A stretch of 64,000 bases of DNA from Camelus dromedarius (Eukaryota): positions 62,250,001 through 62,314,000 of the forward strand of contig NC_087436.1 in assembly GCF_036321535.1 (NCBI RefSeq), read 5' to 3'. Position numbers and translations under genes: made by a program. This document shows, piece after piece, positions 24,857-38,519 of the stretch. Position 1 is the first letter of the stretch, and the number at the start of each line of letters is the position of its first letter. A model generated the notes under the pieces. That model ran no database searches, was not told the origin of the DNA, and was given only the letters and a program-made list of their open reading frames with translations.

Positions 24857-25324
24857 CTGTAAACTGTGAGTCACATTCTTATATTTCATTAAGCTCAAAC
24901 TAAATATATTTCCAACTCAATTTTCCCTTAGACAAATGAAAGAAATGATTGTGACAACTCTAAATCCATTCAATATGAAGAAAAATGTGATGGAGAGGAA
25001 GTTATAGTAAAAAGAGATAGTGGTCTTTACAAAATGAGATTATAAAACCTGATGTTTGTACATTCTGCGAATATGTTTACTTGTAAAATAAATAAGAACA
25101 GATTACTAGGTTCCCTCCTAGGGCTATAAAGTGGACTAGTGTAAGTTGGGGAACCTGAGACCTAAGTTTTATTTGACTTCTTAGTAATCCTGTACCTGAG
25201 CCCCATCTTTCTAGCCTTTGATAGTATTTACCTTATTACCTACCTCTGAATATGTAATCAAATGCCACGTATTTTAGGCTTTTATTTATGTTAGAATCTC
25301 AGAGGTGTGAACTGAATTCTCTAA

Positions 25325-25600
25325 CAATCAGGATAGGCTAGGTTATGATGTGGAATTAAACACCTCCAAAATTTCACGATCACCCTAACATGGCAAAGAG
25401 AACTCTAGAGTTTATCACACTCAGAATTAAAAGTTACAGCTTAGAAATAACATGGCATTTACCTCCCCTACCTCAGTAGCTAGTACTAGAAACACCCACA
25501 CTAGGGAGGGAGCAAATTCAATCTTGCATATGTCTAGAAAGAGTGGAAAACTGGGCATCAGTGAGTAGCACAAAAGACACGTAAAGTATAATAGACATGT
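25325..25600. mobile_element. MaLR LTR fragment (MLT1-like)
   Basis: tcaggataggctaggttatgatgtgg...acctccaaaatttca terminus. Confidence 0.55.
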
Positions 25601-27485
25601 CAATTTTACCATGTCAAAAGCTGATCTCCTAGGCTATTCTCAACACCTCTTGCTGCCTGAGCTATTATTTCAACACAGTGTGTTGTCTACCATATCTTGT
25701 TTTTGAAGCATATCACATAAAAGAAATCAAAATTGAAACATTGCACATTTTCTATGTATTAATGCATTATTGTTTATGAAACTTGTTGCTACTTAAGATA
25801 AAACAAAAATCAATAGTAATCTTAACTGAAGTGTGATGTGAACTCAAATATAATGAAGAAAGACATGTAAGAGGTTTTTTTTTCATGTGTTCAGATGATA
25901 GATTACTTCCCTCATCAGAAAAATGGTTAACTACAGATACAGGACTTCCTCAGTGTCTTGACTCCCAATGCAGTGATTTTTCTCTTTATATGCTTCTTTC
26001 CTAGTTTTTCTCCTAGAAACATAACTAAATAAGTGATAGTAATTCAGCAAAAATTCCCTCTTTTAGCTTTTAAAGCATAATTTCTTAAATTGAAATAATC
26101 TTGTGTTCTGTATCTATTAAAATAATTGTCATCCCTCTGATACCTTTCACTTCTCTCATTCAGTCGTTTTAACAGGACATTTCTATTTCTGTTCATTTAT
26201 TTAGACCTTACAGTGTGGCCTGATCTGGGGATAAAAAAAGAATAGAGCACAGCTCCTGCCATCAAGAACCTCACAAGTAGAATTTAGACAAGAAATAACA
26301 AAATAGAGAAGAAAAAGAAGGACATTACAGGCAGAGAAAATTAATGTACAATAGCATGATAGTTTGAAACTATATTATTAGAAGACCATTGCCATTATAC
26401 TGCATTTCAGTAAAATTGGAATTTGGGTTGTGTTTTCTTTGTCATGGAGATGGGTCACACAGCAGGATGAGGGGAGTGGTGAAAGATAACAGAAAAAGTG
26501 AGTAGTGGCCAGATTTTGAAAGAGATTTTGGCCCAGAGAACTAATCAACTTTTTCCTGTATATGATGGGAGCATTGAAAGGAATACCACTATTGGATTAT
26601 TTTCCTCTTGTTCTATTATAGTGCCTTTATTCTATTTTTTTATACTCACTGAATGTCTAGGCCATTTTGATGATTTTTCTATAAATACTGTCTTCCTGTA
26701 ATGATCATTCTTTACTTTCCTCTATCTAACCCTATGATTCATAGTCTTTTTTAGAATCATTTTTTCTTGAAATATTTTCCTGCAGTATAGCATTTCAATA
26801 AGCATTTTCCCCTTTTTGATTATTTTACATTAACCTCCTTTTGCTTTAAGTTTTTACAATCTATGATTCACCAAGCAATACTTTTGTACTTTGTTTTAGA
26901 TAGATTATTATGGTAGTAATGCAGTAACTACTATATTAATAATTTATAGACATTATGTAAAAATAGAGTCAAAAATATGTTTACTGTTAAAATTCTTGGA
27001 AGAGAATTTGCTGTAATCATGTTCACATTCATTACATTCAAATGGAGTGACTACTGTGTGCAGCATGGGTAGCTTCTCCCTGCATTTCAGGAAAAAAAAT
27101 ATGTTAAGACAGTCTTTAATTTCAAAGCATATTCAAAAATACATCTTTTTAATGAAATCAGATAATTTTAAAGTGTTATATTTTCATTTAGTGTAACTAT
27201 TTTTATTTATCATAGTAACAATTCCATTTTTATGGTTTCTTTTCTTCTTATAAAAACATAGAGGCTTACTGTAATAAACACATTCACTAAGCTATGCTAA
27301 TGTTTAGGCTCAAAACTGTGATCAATTGCCAAAGTTAACAGTAGCTCTGTTGATTGTGTCTGTGTGCTTAAAAAAAGTCAACTTTTGTATCACCATGTAT
27401 TACTCCCTTTCTCAGTACATGTGATCCCAGGATTTTTTTTGATTTTTTGAAAGACATCCAGTTTGTGAAGGAACAGACACCTTAC

Positions 27486-27979
27486 ATACCAAGGATGTTC
27501 TTTTAAGGACTCATTAAAATCTATCCTTGAGAGATGTATAATTTCCTCCTTCTTTCTGTTGTAACTTCTCCACATCATCTGATGCCTTTTCACCAGCATC
27601 AATCTGATCCTTTTGTCAGGTTCATGCATTTCATAATATCATTTCTTTGTATGTAGGTGATTCCAGGCTGATCACTACTAGCACTCCTCATAAGCTACTC
27701 TGAGCTGAATATCCTATTAAACTCTAAGTTGTTGACATCAGATTATCGCCACACAAAGCATAATTTTAGCCTGTGCAAGTGTCATAAAGTGAGTGAACTT
27801 CCTTAAAGAAACTTGTTCTCTAGCAATTTTAACACCAGCACTTCAATTTGGTATAACTCCAAGACTGACCAATGCTTCCTCTTGTCTTCTGATTGTTATT
27901 TCAAGATGATTACTTCCCCAATCCATAGTGAATCCATAGATAACCATCCTATGCTCAACATTAAGAAGTTAATCAATAC
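27486..27979 (-). pseudogene. Fossil exon candidate
   Basis: aaatacag|GT: ID*LLNVEHRMVIYGFTMDWGSNHLEITIRRQEEALVSLGVIPN*SAGVKIAREQVSLRKFTHF; donor gtaagg/gtatgt near 27485. Confidence 0.5.
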
Positions 27980-28221
27980 CTGTATTTTAACTGATATGAT
28001 ATTTACAAATCAATAGCCAAGCAATCACAACATATCCTGAGATGTGTGAGAGAATAAAAAAAGCTCAAGAATTTTTGAAGGCAAGTTTTGTAAATTATCA
28101 AAGTATTTTACAAGTTATATAAACTATTTCTTTTTCAATGAAGGTTGAACAGATAGTAGTAAACAATGAAATTGTTGAAATTTCTATCTGGAGTCCTTCA
28201 GTAAATAAAGGTATAAGAATG

Positions 28222-28636
28222 TATACACAATACACATTAGTCCATTAAACTTGAGGACACTCTACAAAAAAAAACCACTTCAACTAATTCATCTGACAGT
28301 GCTGTTCATATTCATGATGCCATTTTGTTGTTGTTGTTACCCACCTCCCCACCACACCACCAGGGTGAACAGGAGGAGGAGAAGGAAGAGCAGGACCCAC
28401 CGCAAAGTTTCATAGTCTTGAATACAAGAGGGGAGGTTGAGAGGAAAGGAAGAAGAAAAGAGAAGAAAACACAAATCCTATAATACATACAACAGAGTGG
28501 GGATGGTACGGGGATGGGACAGATATGAAGCTGAGGCATGGGGCATGGGATGGGTTGCTGGGGTAGGGGACAGTGGGACCACACCCTGCCCCACACACAC
28601 ATTCCTTTCCCCCTTTGATGCTGTTTCCGTAGTTGC
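28222..28636 (-). pseudogene. UBAP2L: Retro-transposed fragment of an mRNA 3'UTR, UBAP2L-like
   Basis: Minus strand ggaaacagcatcaaag..gaaaggaatgtg...ccccatgcctcagcttcat.tctgtcccat...gtatgtattataggatttgt...atggcatcatgaatatgaacagca.tgtcagatgaattagttgaagtgg matches my recollection of the UBAP2L 3'UTR. Not verified by search. Confidence 0.65.
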
Positions 28637-29269
28637 AGCTTGGAGTCTCTCTAGGTTTTCAACTGTTCCTTCACAATCTGAACTTTTGACAGTTGTCCCT
28701 TTTAATTTATTTGAAGTGCTGTTTTTTTAAAAACAAAGGGTAATCTGTCCATGCAGAAAAAAAAAAGTATTTATATACTTTCTTATTATAATTTGATATA
28801 ATATAAAACACCCAAATCACCCAATTAAGCAGAAACCAAAGACATAGCATTTTTAGAACATAACTTTTCACATAACTATTTTAGTTATTGAATAAACACT
28901 TTTGTAATACCTTCTATGTATCAGGAAGCATTCTAAATACTTTACAAATATAAACTCATTACTCCTTATTAAACTATGACTGAATTACTATGCACTTTAG
29001 AACTTTCATGTGAAGTAGCCACCCATGTTTAGAAAGTACTTGTTTGTAGTGACAGAGGTATTGTTGAGGTAATAGGGTTTCTCATGATTAGTGGGCATTT
29101 CACAGTGATCCAATTGTAGAAGGCAAGTGCAAAGAATATTTTAATGATCATTCTGTCTTCCAGGACTAAAAACTCATTGTTTCTGGAGAAGTCTTGTGGG
29201 ATAAAATGACTTCCTTATTGGGCAGTAAATGAAAGAATACATACTTTAAAAATCATTTTCTTATATAGA

Positions 29270-29480
29270 GAGTTTTCTGGTTCACAATGTGTTTTCATAT
29301 GTATTATTTCATTTGATGTGAGGATATTGTGAGATAACAGTTTCTACCATCTACTGGTTTATGAATCAGGCACTGTGTCCATTACCCTAATTCACTTCAG
29401 TGAATCCTCACAACTTCCAATCACACCTAAGGAATAGAAGGGGAAACTGAGGCTCAGATATGAAGTACTAACAAGTCACT
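29270..29480 (-). mobile_element. MIR fragments
   Basis: aatcctcacaac...ggggaaactgaggctcaga. Confidence 0.65.
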
Positions 29481-29789
29481 GTCCCATGATAAACCCAGAC
29501 AACTATGTTTTGATTGACTTAGTTGGTATGCTCAGGGAAACAAAGCAAATAATACAGTGGTATTTAATACCAACTTTTGCATAAATTTATATTTTTAACC
29601 ACGTTGTTATTATTATTATTGTATAATCAATTTCATAGCCACTGCTTTAGAACAAAGCAACAAATGAGGGTTATGCCTCTGTCACAACTTCATAGGTAGT
29701 GACTGGAATTAAGCTAATTGTAGAGGCAATGTAATATAGCAAAATGATATGCCATTAAAAAGAAATAGGTCCTCCCAAAATAAAACAAA

Positions 29790-31658
29790 TCCCCATTAGG
29801 ATTAGTAAACAAATTTAGCAAATTTTCAGTATACCAAATCAACACTCAAAAATCAGTAGTGTTTCTTCATGCTAACGATGAACAATATGAAAAAGAAATC
29901 AATTTAATTTACAATAGCATAAAAAAGAATAAAATACTTAGGAATAAACTTAACCAAGGTGGCAAAAGACCCGTACACTGAAAACTACTGATGTTGCTGA
30001 AATAAGTTAAAGAAGGAAAAAAGAAAAGAAAAGCCAAATTGCATTCACTGACTGGAAGAATTACTGTTGTTAAGTTGGCAGTATTACCCAAAGCAATCTA
30101 CAGATTCAACACAATCCATATAAAAGTCCCTATTATTTTTTGTAGAAATGGAAAAAAATTCTAAAATTCATATGGAATCTCAAGGAAACTTGGATAGCCA
30201 AACAACCTGAAAAAGAAAAAATTGGAGGTCTCACACTTCCTGATTCCAAAGATACTACAAAGCTACAGTAATCAAAGCAATGTGTTCTAACATAAAGACA
30301 GACATTCAGACAGATGGGAGGGAGAGCCCAGAAACTCTCTCACACATGATCAAATAATTTCTACAAGGCTGCCAAAATCATTCAATGGGGAAAGGACAGT
30401 ATTTTCAACAACTGGCTTAGGGAAAATAGAATATCCACATGCAAATGAATGAATTTGGATCTGTACCTCATACCATATACAAAAATTACCTCGAGATGAG
30501 TCAGAGACCTAAGAGCTAAAACTACAAACCTCTTAAAAGAAAAAAAAAAAGTGGAATAGCTTTATAATACTGAATTTGTCATGATTTCTTAGATATGACA
30601 CTACATGCACTGGCAACAAAATTAAAAAATAGATTGGATTACATCAAAATTAAAAGCTTTCATATGTCAAAGGTCACTAACAAATGAGCGAAAAAGCAAC
30701 TCATAGAATGAGGAAAATATTTGCAAATCACACATCTGATAAGGGGTTAATATACAAAGCACACAAAGAAGTACAATTCAGCACTAAGAAAACAAGCAAT
30801 CCAAATGGAAATTGGCTTCAGTAAAGGATTTCTATAGACATTTCTCCAAAGAAGACATACAAATGGCTAATAAGCACATGAAAAGACGCCTAATATCACT
30901 AATCACTAGGGAAATGAAAATCAAAATGACAGTGAGATTCCACCTCAAACTCATTAGGATGGCTCTTGTTTAAAAAAAAAAAAACAGAAAAAAACCAAAA
31001 AACTCCAAAATAAGCATCAGGAAGGATGTAAAGAAATTGGAACCCTTGAACACTGCTAGTGGGAATGTAAAATTGTAGAGCCTCTGTGAAAACAGTATGT
31101 CATTTTCACAACAAATTAATAATAGGATGTAATCCAGCAATTCCTCTTCAAGGCATACACCTAAGATAATTGAGAGCAAGGATTCAAAGGTTATTTATAA
31201 ATCAATATTCATAGCAGCATTATTCACAGTAGTCAACAGGTGGAAGCAACCCAAGTATTTACCAACAGATGGAGGGATGAACATAATGTAGTGTATATAC
31301 CATGAAATATTATCCAGCCTTAATAAGGAAGGAAGTAAATTCTGACAGATGCTTTAACTTGGATGAATCTTGAAGACATGCTAAATGAAATAAGCCAGTC
31401 AACAAAGGACAAGTACCATATGATTCCACTTATATGAGTTCCCTCGAGTAGTCAAATTCATAGAAACAAAGTATAATGGTGGTTGTCAAGGGCTAAGGGG
31501 AGGGGAAAATGGGGAGTTATTGTTTATTACAGAGTTTTAGTTTGGAACAATGGAGAAAAGTTCTGGAAATGAATGGTGGTGATGGTTGCACAATAATGTG
31601 AATGTACTTAATGGCATGAAACTGTCACTTAAAAATGATTTAAGTGGTAAGTTTTTGT

Positions 31659-31691
<33 letters not shown>

Positions 31692-31720
31692 TTATCACAA
31701 TTTTAAAAGCTTTTTTAAAA
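29790..31720 (+). mobile_element. LINE-1 (L1MB-like) ORF2 C-terminal half plus 3'UTR
   Basis: cccaaagcaatctacagattcaac; acatttctccaaagaagacatacaaatggctaataagcacatgaaaagac; gatggttgcacaataatgtgaatgtacttaat. Confidence 0.95.
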
Positions 31721-32479
31721 AAGAAATTAGATCATTAGAGAAAGAGAAAAGTAAATGCCCAACTGACTTTTTAATTCAAAAGCTGTGACTTTTAACAGTT
31801 GGTCAAAATCTTTTCATTTTTAGTTCCCTTGAAAAAGAAAACCTATATAATCTGTGTTCTCTAAGGTTGTTGGGAGGCTTTATGGCAATAATGTATGTAA
31901 AATAGTTGGTACAGTGCCTGACTCAAGGTAGGAGTGGAACAGTAGCTTCAGTGTTCATCATACACCTGTGTGCTAAACATCAGTGTTTGGATAGGTGATT
32001 ATTTGGGAAAAAAAGAGTTCCATTTAAGGATTTAAAAAATAAGTTGATATTAATCATACAAGCATCTTACAATGGTTAAACTATTAAACTAGCATTTGTA
32101 ATACAACAACTTGAGGTACAAAATAAGCCCTGATTTTAATGACATGCTTATCTAGTTTTTTTTTTTTTGAATGGCTTAAGATTGTTTCTAACACTTGTGT
32201 TACGCATCATAAATTATATAATGCAAATGTTTAAAAGTTGGAGCTAAAATAGCAGCTATAACTTCTTATTACATCTCTTGCTCAGTTCCAGCTTTTGATC
32301 TGTGAGAGACAGCAAGTAAAGATAAGAAAAGGTCAAATTTATAAGCCATCAGTCTTAGGAATCTTGGTATAGCCTATTAAAAAAAAGTAGTATTTTTGGG
32401 TGTTGAGGTTATGACTAAAAGGCATTAAGATTCTTTTCCCAAGAGACAAGAATTCTTCGCTTTGGAAGAATTTAAGAGA

Positions 32480-32690
32480 TATCATAGTATAGTGGTTAAA
32501 AGCCTGCATTCCGCAGTCAGATGTCCTGGGGATAGATTGTTACTCTTCCTCTTCTAGTTGTGTGCCCTTGGGCATGCTGCTTCACTATTCTAAGTCTCAG
32601 TGTCATGATAAACAGAGCTAGTTCATAGAGATGAAACACAACATAAAGCATTTAGCATAGTTCATGGCACTTAGAAAGTCTTTCATAGGT
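32480..32690 (+). mobile_element. MIR
   Basis: atagtggttaaaagcctgcattccgcagtcaga...tagttgtgtgcccttgggca...tctaagtctcagt. Confidence 0.8.
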
Positions 32691-32739
32691 TTTTTATGAT
32701 GATGTTGATAATTATCATGATTCATAAGATCTTAGTATC

Positions 32740-33154
32740 TCAGAAAGTGGCTGGACACGGCCCACTTAGTTATAGTGGAATAGAGCAAACCAATCATTGC
32801 TGGGGCTTGAATCTAGGCTTTGAAACTAAGAGATGTTGTGACACAGAGGAGCATTTAGATCCGACATAGATGCATGGTGGAGGTCTAATCCAGCTAGCAT
32901 ATCATAATTTTGAGTAGGTTATAAAACTAGATAACAGGTTCAAACAATCAAGCAGCTTTCAGAGAACAGTACTGGTTTAATTTGGTATTGCAAAATCATT
33001 CAGTGATTGACAGAACATCATAATAAGGAATGTGTGGGCAAATTGTTAGAAAGCCAGGCGGGCGATTGGGCAGCACTAGAGATGCCTGAGTAGCAGAAGC
33101 CCTGGCATCACTTTTGAATTCAATCAAAGGATTTCTGCCTTTGGCTAAGTAAGC
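32740..33154 (-). pseudogene. Fossil exon candidate
   Basis: aattttcccag| then 52 open codons AYLAKGRNPLIEFKSDARASATQASLVLPNRPPGFLTICPHIPYYDVLSITE*. Confidence 0.45.
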
Positions 33155-33179
33155 CTGGGAAAATTAAGTCTTTATTTTA

Positions 33180-33530
33180 GTTTAGGTTCCCCCAAAATCA
33201 GCCCAGAGAGAAGGAAGCAAGGACAAGTAGGTTATTTGGAAAGGGGCAGTAAATACAATTGGAGAAATACAGAAGTGAAAGAGGGAAGTGAAGGCAGCTA
33301 ACAGAGTATGTAGTTAAGCTAGCTGCTGTGAGCAATCGGGACTTAACCCCATGGGAAAACTAAAACCCACTCTCAAGAGGTAAAGGAGTCAGAGGATTTA
33401 GACAGCAAATAGTACTAGTCATTTGTTGAGCACTGCTGGTGAAAGGAGGGAAACCTTAAGGCAGAAAGATGTAGACACTCGTATCTGGAAGGTGCTTAGG
33501 CCTGAGGGGTACACAGTAAGAGATCATAGC
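33180..33530 (-). mobile_element. ERVL LTR (LTR33-like)
   Basis: ggttcccccaaaatcag...gagggaagtgaaggcagctaa...tgtgagcaatcgggacttaacccc; similar to 17290-17725. Confidence 0.65.
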
Positions 33531-33704
33531 ATCAAAGAAATTAGCTCTAAGGTTCATCCCACACACACTGAGGTATCACATCTAACTTACTTTTAATCAC
33601 AAACCCACTGTTTACAGAAACTGTCTCCCACTTTTCCTGCTTTTATACCTCACTTCTTGTAATGTTATCTCAAGTGCCGTGGCAAAACTGCACTTTCTGC
33701 ATGT

Positions 33705-33945
33705 TTGTAATCCTTTATCTGAAACCCTTGGGGCCAGGTGATTTTTGAAGTTCAGAATTTTTTGAATTTTGGAACGGTAATGTACTTAATAGTCTGTATA
33801 TTTAGTAACACCTCCAGTGAAATTTGGGTCAGACTCTGTAAGCAAATATATGAATATTTCTGGTATCACACAAATGAACAGTTACTTTAAGAGGTAGAAG
33901 TGAAGTCAGTCAATAGCCTCACATCAATTCAGCTCAGGTTTGTGC
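33705..33945 (+). mobile_element. Tigger-family DNA transposon relic (MER46C-like)
   Basis: cctttatctgaaacccttggggccagg...ttcagaattttttgaattttggaacggtaat. Confidence 0.7.
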
Positions 33946-35416
33946 TTAGTCTAGTTGTAACTGGACTGCACACACGTTGGATTTCTCTAATATCTCTTCC
34001 TTTTATTTATAAAACTGGAGTTATGATTAGTACAAAGTGTATTTATGGGGCTGAAATGAGGTAACCTATGTTAAATTTTTCTATAAATTGTAAAGTTTAA
34101 AGATATAAATGTTCATTGAATTATAGTCAAGAAATATGTCCACTGTAATTTGAAATTAAGAACAAATTCTGAGAGGCTAAAGTGACATGCATGGGTTCTC
34201 TCCATCCTGTTTATGCCAAACCCTCCTGCTAAAATTTTGTGTTTGATTTTAGTTAACATTATGCTTATCCATTTTAAGAGTTATGTGGCAAATGTGTAAA
34301 CTCCTGTGCTTTGATTAATAGAATTTTGCTGACTGAAGAAATATGAGAATTGAGACTATCTTAAAGATTAAAGTCCTTGAGAATATCTCTTTCTGCATTT
34401 GCTCCCTTCAACAGCATCAACTTTTAGAGAAAGAACTTGTCAACATATGTATCATTTTCTGGATTCAGTCAAATGTCTAACGCAGCTTTTCTCATTGAGG
34501 AATTTTAGTTGCTTTTTCATTATTCTAGAATCTTAAATATTTAAAAAAAAATACTCTGCATTGTAGTAGAGGGGTGTCTGGGATGTATGCTCTCTTTCTT
34601 TTGACCTGTTATAATACTCCTACATCATATCAGTGTCTCACAATGGTTTGTTTACTTTCCTGTCTCTCTCATTAGGCAGAGAGCTCCTCAGAAAACATCG
34701 TTTTCCATCCAGCCTGCGGCACAGTGCTTGTTAATACACTCAGTATACCTTGAATTAAATTGAATAACACTTAGTACCTTTTTGGCCCACATCTTACATG
34801 GCATTCTGTTTTAGTCATATGTACATGTTTTTTTCCACTAGTGTATTGCAAATCCCTTGAAGTATAGAGCTATAACTATATTCTCTTATCAGCATGGAGT
34901 GAATAAAATATTGGGGAGGTTGAGTGCTGAATGGCACCAGAGGCAATTGTCATTATTTCTGCAGAGTACCATTGCAACATTGTTCATTTTCTTATGTTCA
35001 GGCTCCTAATAACCCAGACCTAACAGCCACCAGAAATTCTAACCCAAATGAAGGGAAAAATGGGGTAAAAAAATGAGACAAGAAATGAAACAAATGGGCT
35101 AAAGCTTTTGGAGAGCAATAGATTCTAAGATACATAACACTGTCAGGTGGAAGGGCAAGGAGATATTTATTCTGACCATATTTTCAGATAATTACAGTTA
35201 ACTAGAAAGAAGTCATCAGCTGCAACATCCAAAATATGTAACAAACAGCAGAAAGGAAAAAAAAAAAACAAAAGAGTGTAACAAGGCACAGAAATTCATC
35301 CAAGTGCCAATATGAACAAGAATAGTCTGAGGGTGGACACAGAACTCTAATCAGATTATAGAGACAAAGATGAAGTGTCATTAGTTGTGCTTCATATATA
35401 TATAAACATAAATCAG

Positions 35417-36430
35417 TTCTGGGTCCTGATTCAGTGTGTAAGGAGCTTGGAAGTCACCATTCTATCCTAACAACAAATAAAAATATGAGCAGATGGAAAA
35501 ATCAACACTTCTTCTTGGATCCATAAGGGACGGGAGGACACATGGCAAACCACTCCACCCAAGACTGGAGAGTCAGACAGGCCAATAAATGGAGGCACTG
35601 CTTAACAAAACAGAGGCTCAACAGCAGAAACTGCCATAGGAATGGGTGCCACAATAGATAAACCCAAATTGTAACTGACGGGGGCTCATCTGCTGGGGGC
35701 TCAGTGTAGACAACCCTGGGAGTTAACAAATCCAGTGAGACCCAGTCATAGTGGCCTCCCTATGATTTTGTAAACTTTACCTCTAGGAGCTCAACCAGGT
35801 TCTCAAAGTAAATACCCTCCTGCTTCTTGCAGGGGTAGGGCAAAAGGAAATATTTTGAGATATACAAGAAAACTCTGTTTTTAACAGGCCTTCTCTCAGG
35901 AAAACCTAGTTAACCACAGCCTAATCAGCTGGGACATTATCAGAGCCTAACTGACCTAAGGGAATAGAAATACCCAACTCCAGTTTCAACTATGATTTCA
36001 ACTATATGATATTCTAGATAAGACAAAACTATGGAGACGATAAAAAAGATCAGTGGTTGCCAGGGATTTGGGAGAGGTGGGGAAAGGATGAGTAAGTTGA
36101 AGCACAGGGAATTTTTAGAGCCGTAAAAAAAAAACACTCTGTATGATAGTATAATGATGGATACATGTCATTATACAATTGTCCAAACCCATAGAATGTA
36201 CAACACTAGATATGAACTCCAATCTAATGTAACCTATGGACTTTGGGTGATTATGATGTCAATGTAGGCTCATCATTTGTAACAAATGTACCACTCTGGT
36301 GGGGGATATTGATAATGAGGGAAGCTAGGAATGTGTAGGGTTAGGATTTACATGGGAAATGTCTGTAGATTCTTTTTTCTGAACCTAAAAGTGCCCTAAA
36401 AAACCTAAGTCTTTAGAATTGAAAAAAAAA
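35417..36430 (+). mobile_element. LINE-1 consisting of a 5' end joined directly to an L1MC1-like 3' end
   Basis: 35417-35985 is homologous to the L1 5' region at 62715-63260. 35990-36430 is 3'UTR (gtccaaacccatagaatgtacaacac...ctatggactttgggtgattatgatgtcaatgtagg) with an A-rich end. Confidence 0.8.
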
Positions 36431-38519
36431 AGACCACAGTTTTAATCTATTTTTTTCCATCTTGGTATAAAATTTATATTTAATGTCATAGATATATATA
36501 GCCATGATAATTTAAAAATGTACAGATAGCTTATTATATATTCTATTAATGAATCTACAGTATTTTAGATCATTAATTTTGGGGTTTTACTTAGGAATCT
36601 TTTACCCTCTGCTAAGCTTTGAGTGGAGCGCCCTCTGTTCTCATATTCACTTACCCAGCTCTTCAAAAAGAGGCCTGTGCATTTATTTCTGAACTACATA
36701 ATTAGCCTTGCATTTTTTATAATATATTTTTCTCTTTCTTTTAGAATGGTTTTAGACTAGTCACTCTGCCATTACTTGATGTAAACTGAAGAAGGGTTAG
36801 GTATTTTTCTAAGAAAAAAAAATCAGACCTGAATTGTTAAATTAACTATCTAGTTTTCAGTGCTATTCTGCATATAATCGTGGCATATTGGTGACTGGGA
36901 TATTTGCTCTTTCTCTTAACTGTTACAGTTAGGGTGAGGATTAATCTTTCAAACCTGTGTCTCATCTGTGAGGTTAAGTGAGTAGCCTTAAGTGTTTCTG
37001 GGAGTTCTCCTAGCTCAAAAAAATATATAAATAGGGTAGAAATGAGGGTAATGGAACATCTTCTAATAAGAGCTAAAGTATTGATAATTAAAGATTATCA
37101 GGACATAGGTTTTACATTTATATTAGTAGTATTAATGTAAAACAAACTGATAAATCAAATGATTTCAGTTTTAAAACAAAAAATTAAGAGGATAGGGACT
37201 CAACAGCTCACAATGTAGGTAAGTAATTATTCAGTGAAAAAGCAATGCACACTTTTTTCAGCAAGGCCACAAGAAGAAATAGTTAATAGTTAAGAGCACC
37301 TAGCAGACTTGAAGAAAATAAGGGCTGGTAGTTAGAGTCAAATTTGTGTAATTTTTATTTTATTATAGACTTTTCTTTAACAAACCATAGAATCAAGGGC
37401 TTACTGAATCATACATATGGTCTGAACTATAAAAGGCATCCACTGCCAGGTTTACTATTTGTGGAACTTTTTGCTTCGTTTTTTCCTCTCTATTCCCTTC
37501 TGCAACCAGGACTTCTATTATTTTACATGTATTGAGTTACTTTGCCATTTTGTGTTGGGTGTCACTTTAAACTCAAATTAACAATTACTACTACAGACTT
37601 CATTTTTCTTTCTCCTTGTCTTACTTGAGAAAGAGTCCCTTAAAAAAAAAAAAATAAGTTTCCGACCTTAAACATGCCATTTGATTCTGAACGTGACTTT
37701 TTTTTCCTTTGTAAGTGTGGCTTAAAACATTGCCCTATTGTGATTATTGCAATAAATTCTCCACATTGATATGTTTTGTAAAGAATAGAAGCTATGTATT
37801 ATTTGTATTATTATCACTGAATTTAGGTGCAGCTATTTTTCATGTTTCATGTTCTTTTCTTTCCACATGGCCAATTCAGAATTTAGGACTAGACTGGCTG
37901 CCCTCCAGGACATCATTAGTGGTGACCTTGTCACTTAATGTTAACCATATACCTCATTCGTAGCGTGGTTGAAAATGGCTGAAAGCCAGCACAAGTGAAG
38001 CATTGCAAACCAGGGCTGAGATAGGCAGGTGCAGCCCTTATTTCCCATGTCTGTTAACATAATGCTCAGCTCTCCAGCTTACTGGATCTATTTCATTATT
38101 TTTACCAGATCTGAAAGTGTCCTCTAAATTCTTTCTTTCTCAGAAATTTTCTGGTCCAGAAAAACCAAATTATTTTATTTTAAATATATAACATTTAGGG
38201 ATCAATTAATTTTTACATAATTAGAAAGTTCTGCTTCAGAACACAAATTAAAATTTTTCACCATCTAAAGAAAAAATATATGGGATAAAGAGTGAATATT
38301 TTCAGTAAGCTAGAATATCTAAGTTTTATTTAAAAACATTCACCAAACTGGTACATTTAATCCTATAATCTAAGTATTATTGAATCAAATTTTTCTATAA
38401 TTATCATTTTACTTTATTAATTTAATTGCAGGTGCATGTTGTGCTTTCTTTTGTGCTTATGCATATTTTCACTCTGTTCTTAGCACTGTCAAAATATAAA
38501 TATTTTTATTATATCTCAT

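Noticed and set aside
27390..27979. Non-retroviral endogenous viral element or transposase
   Set aside because: No viral polymerase, nucleoprotein or DDE motif recognised. The splice-like boundaries and shared strand fit the fossil gene better.
28312..28730. ORFs of 62-97 aa on both strands
   Set aside because: By-products of the low-complexity, GC-richer 3'UTR-derived insert.
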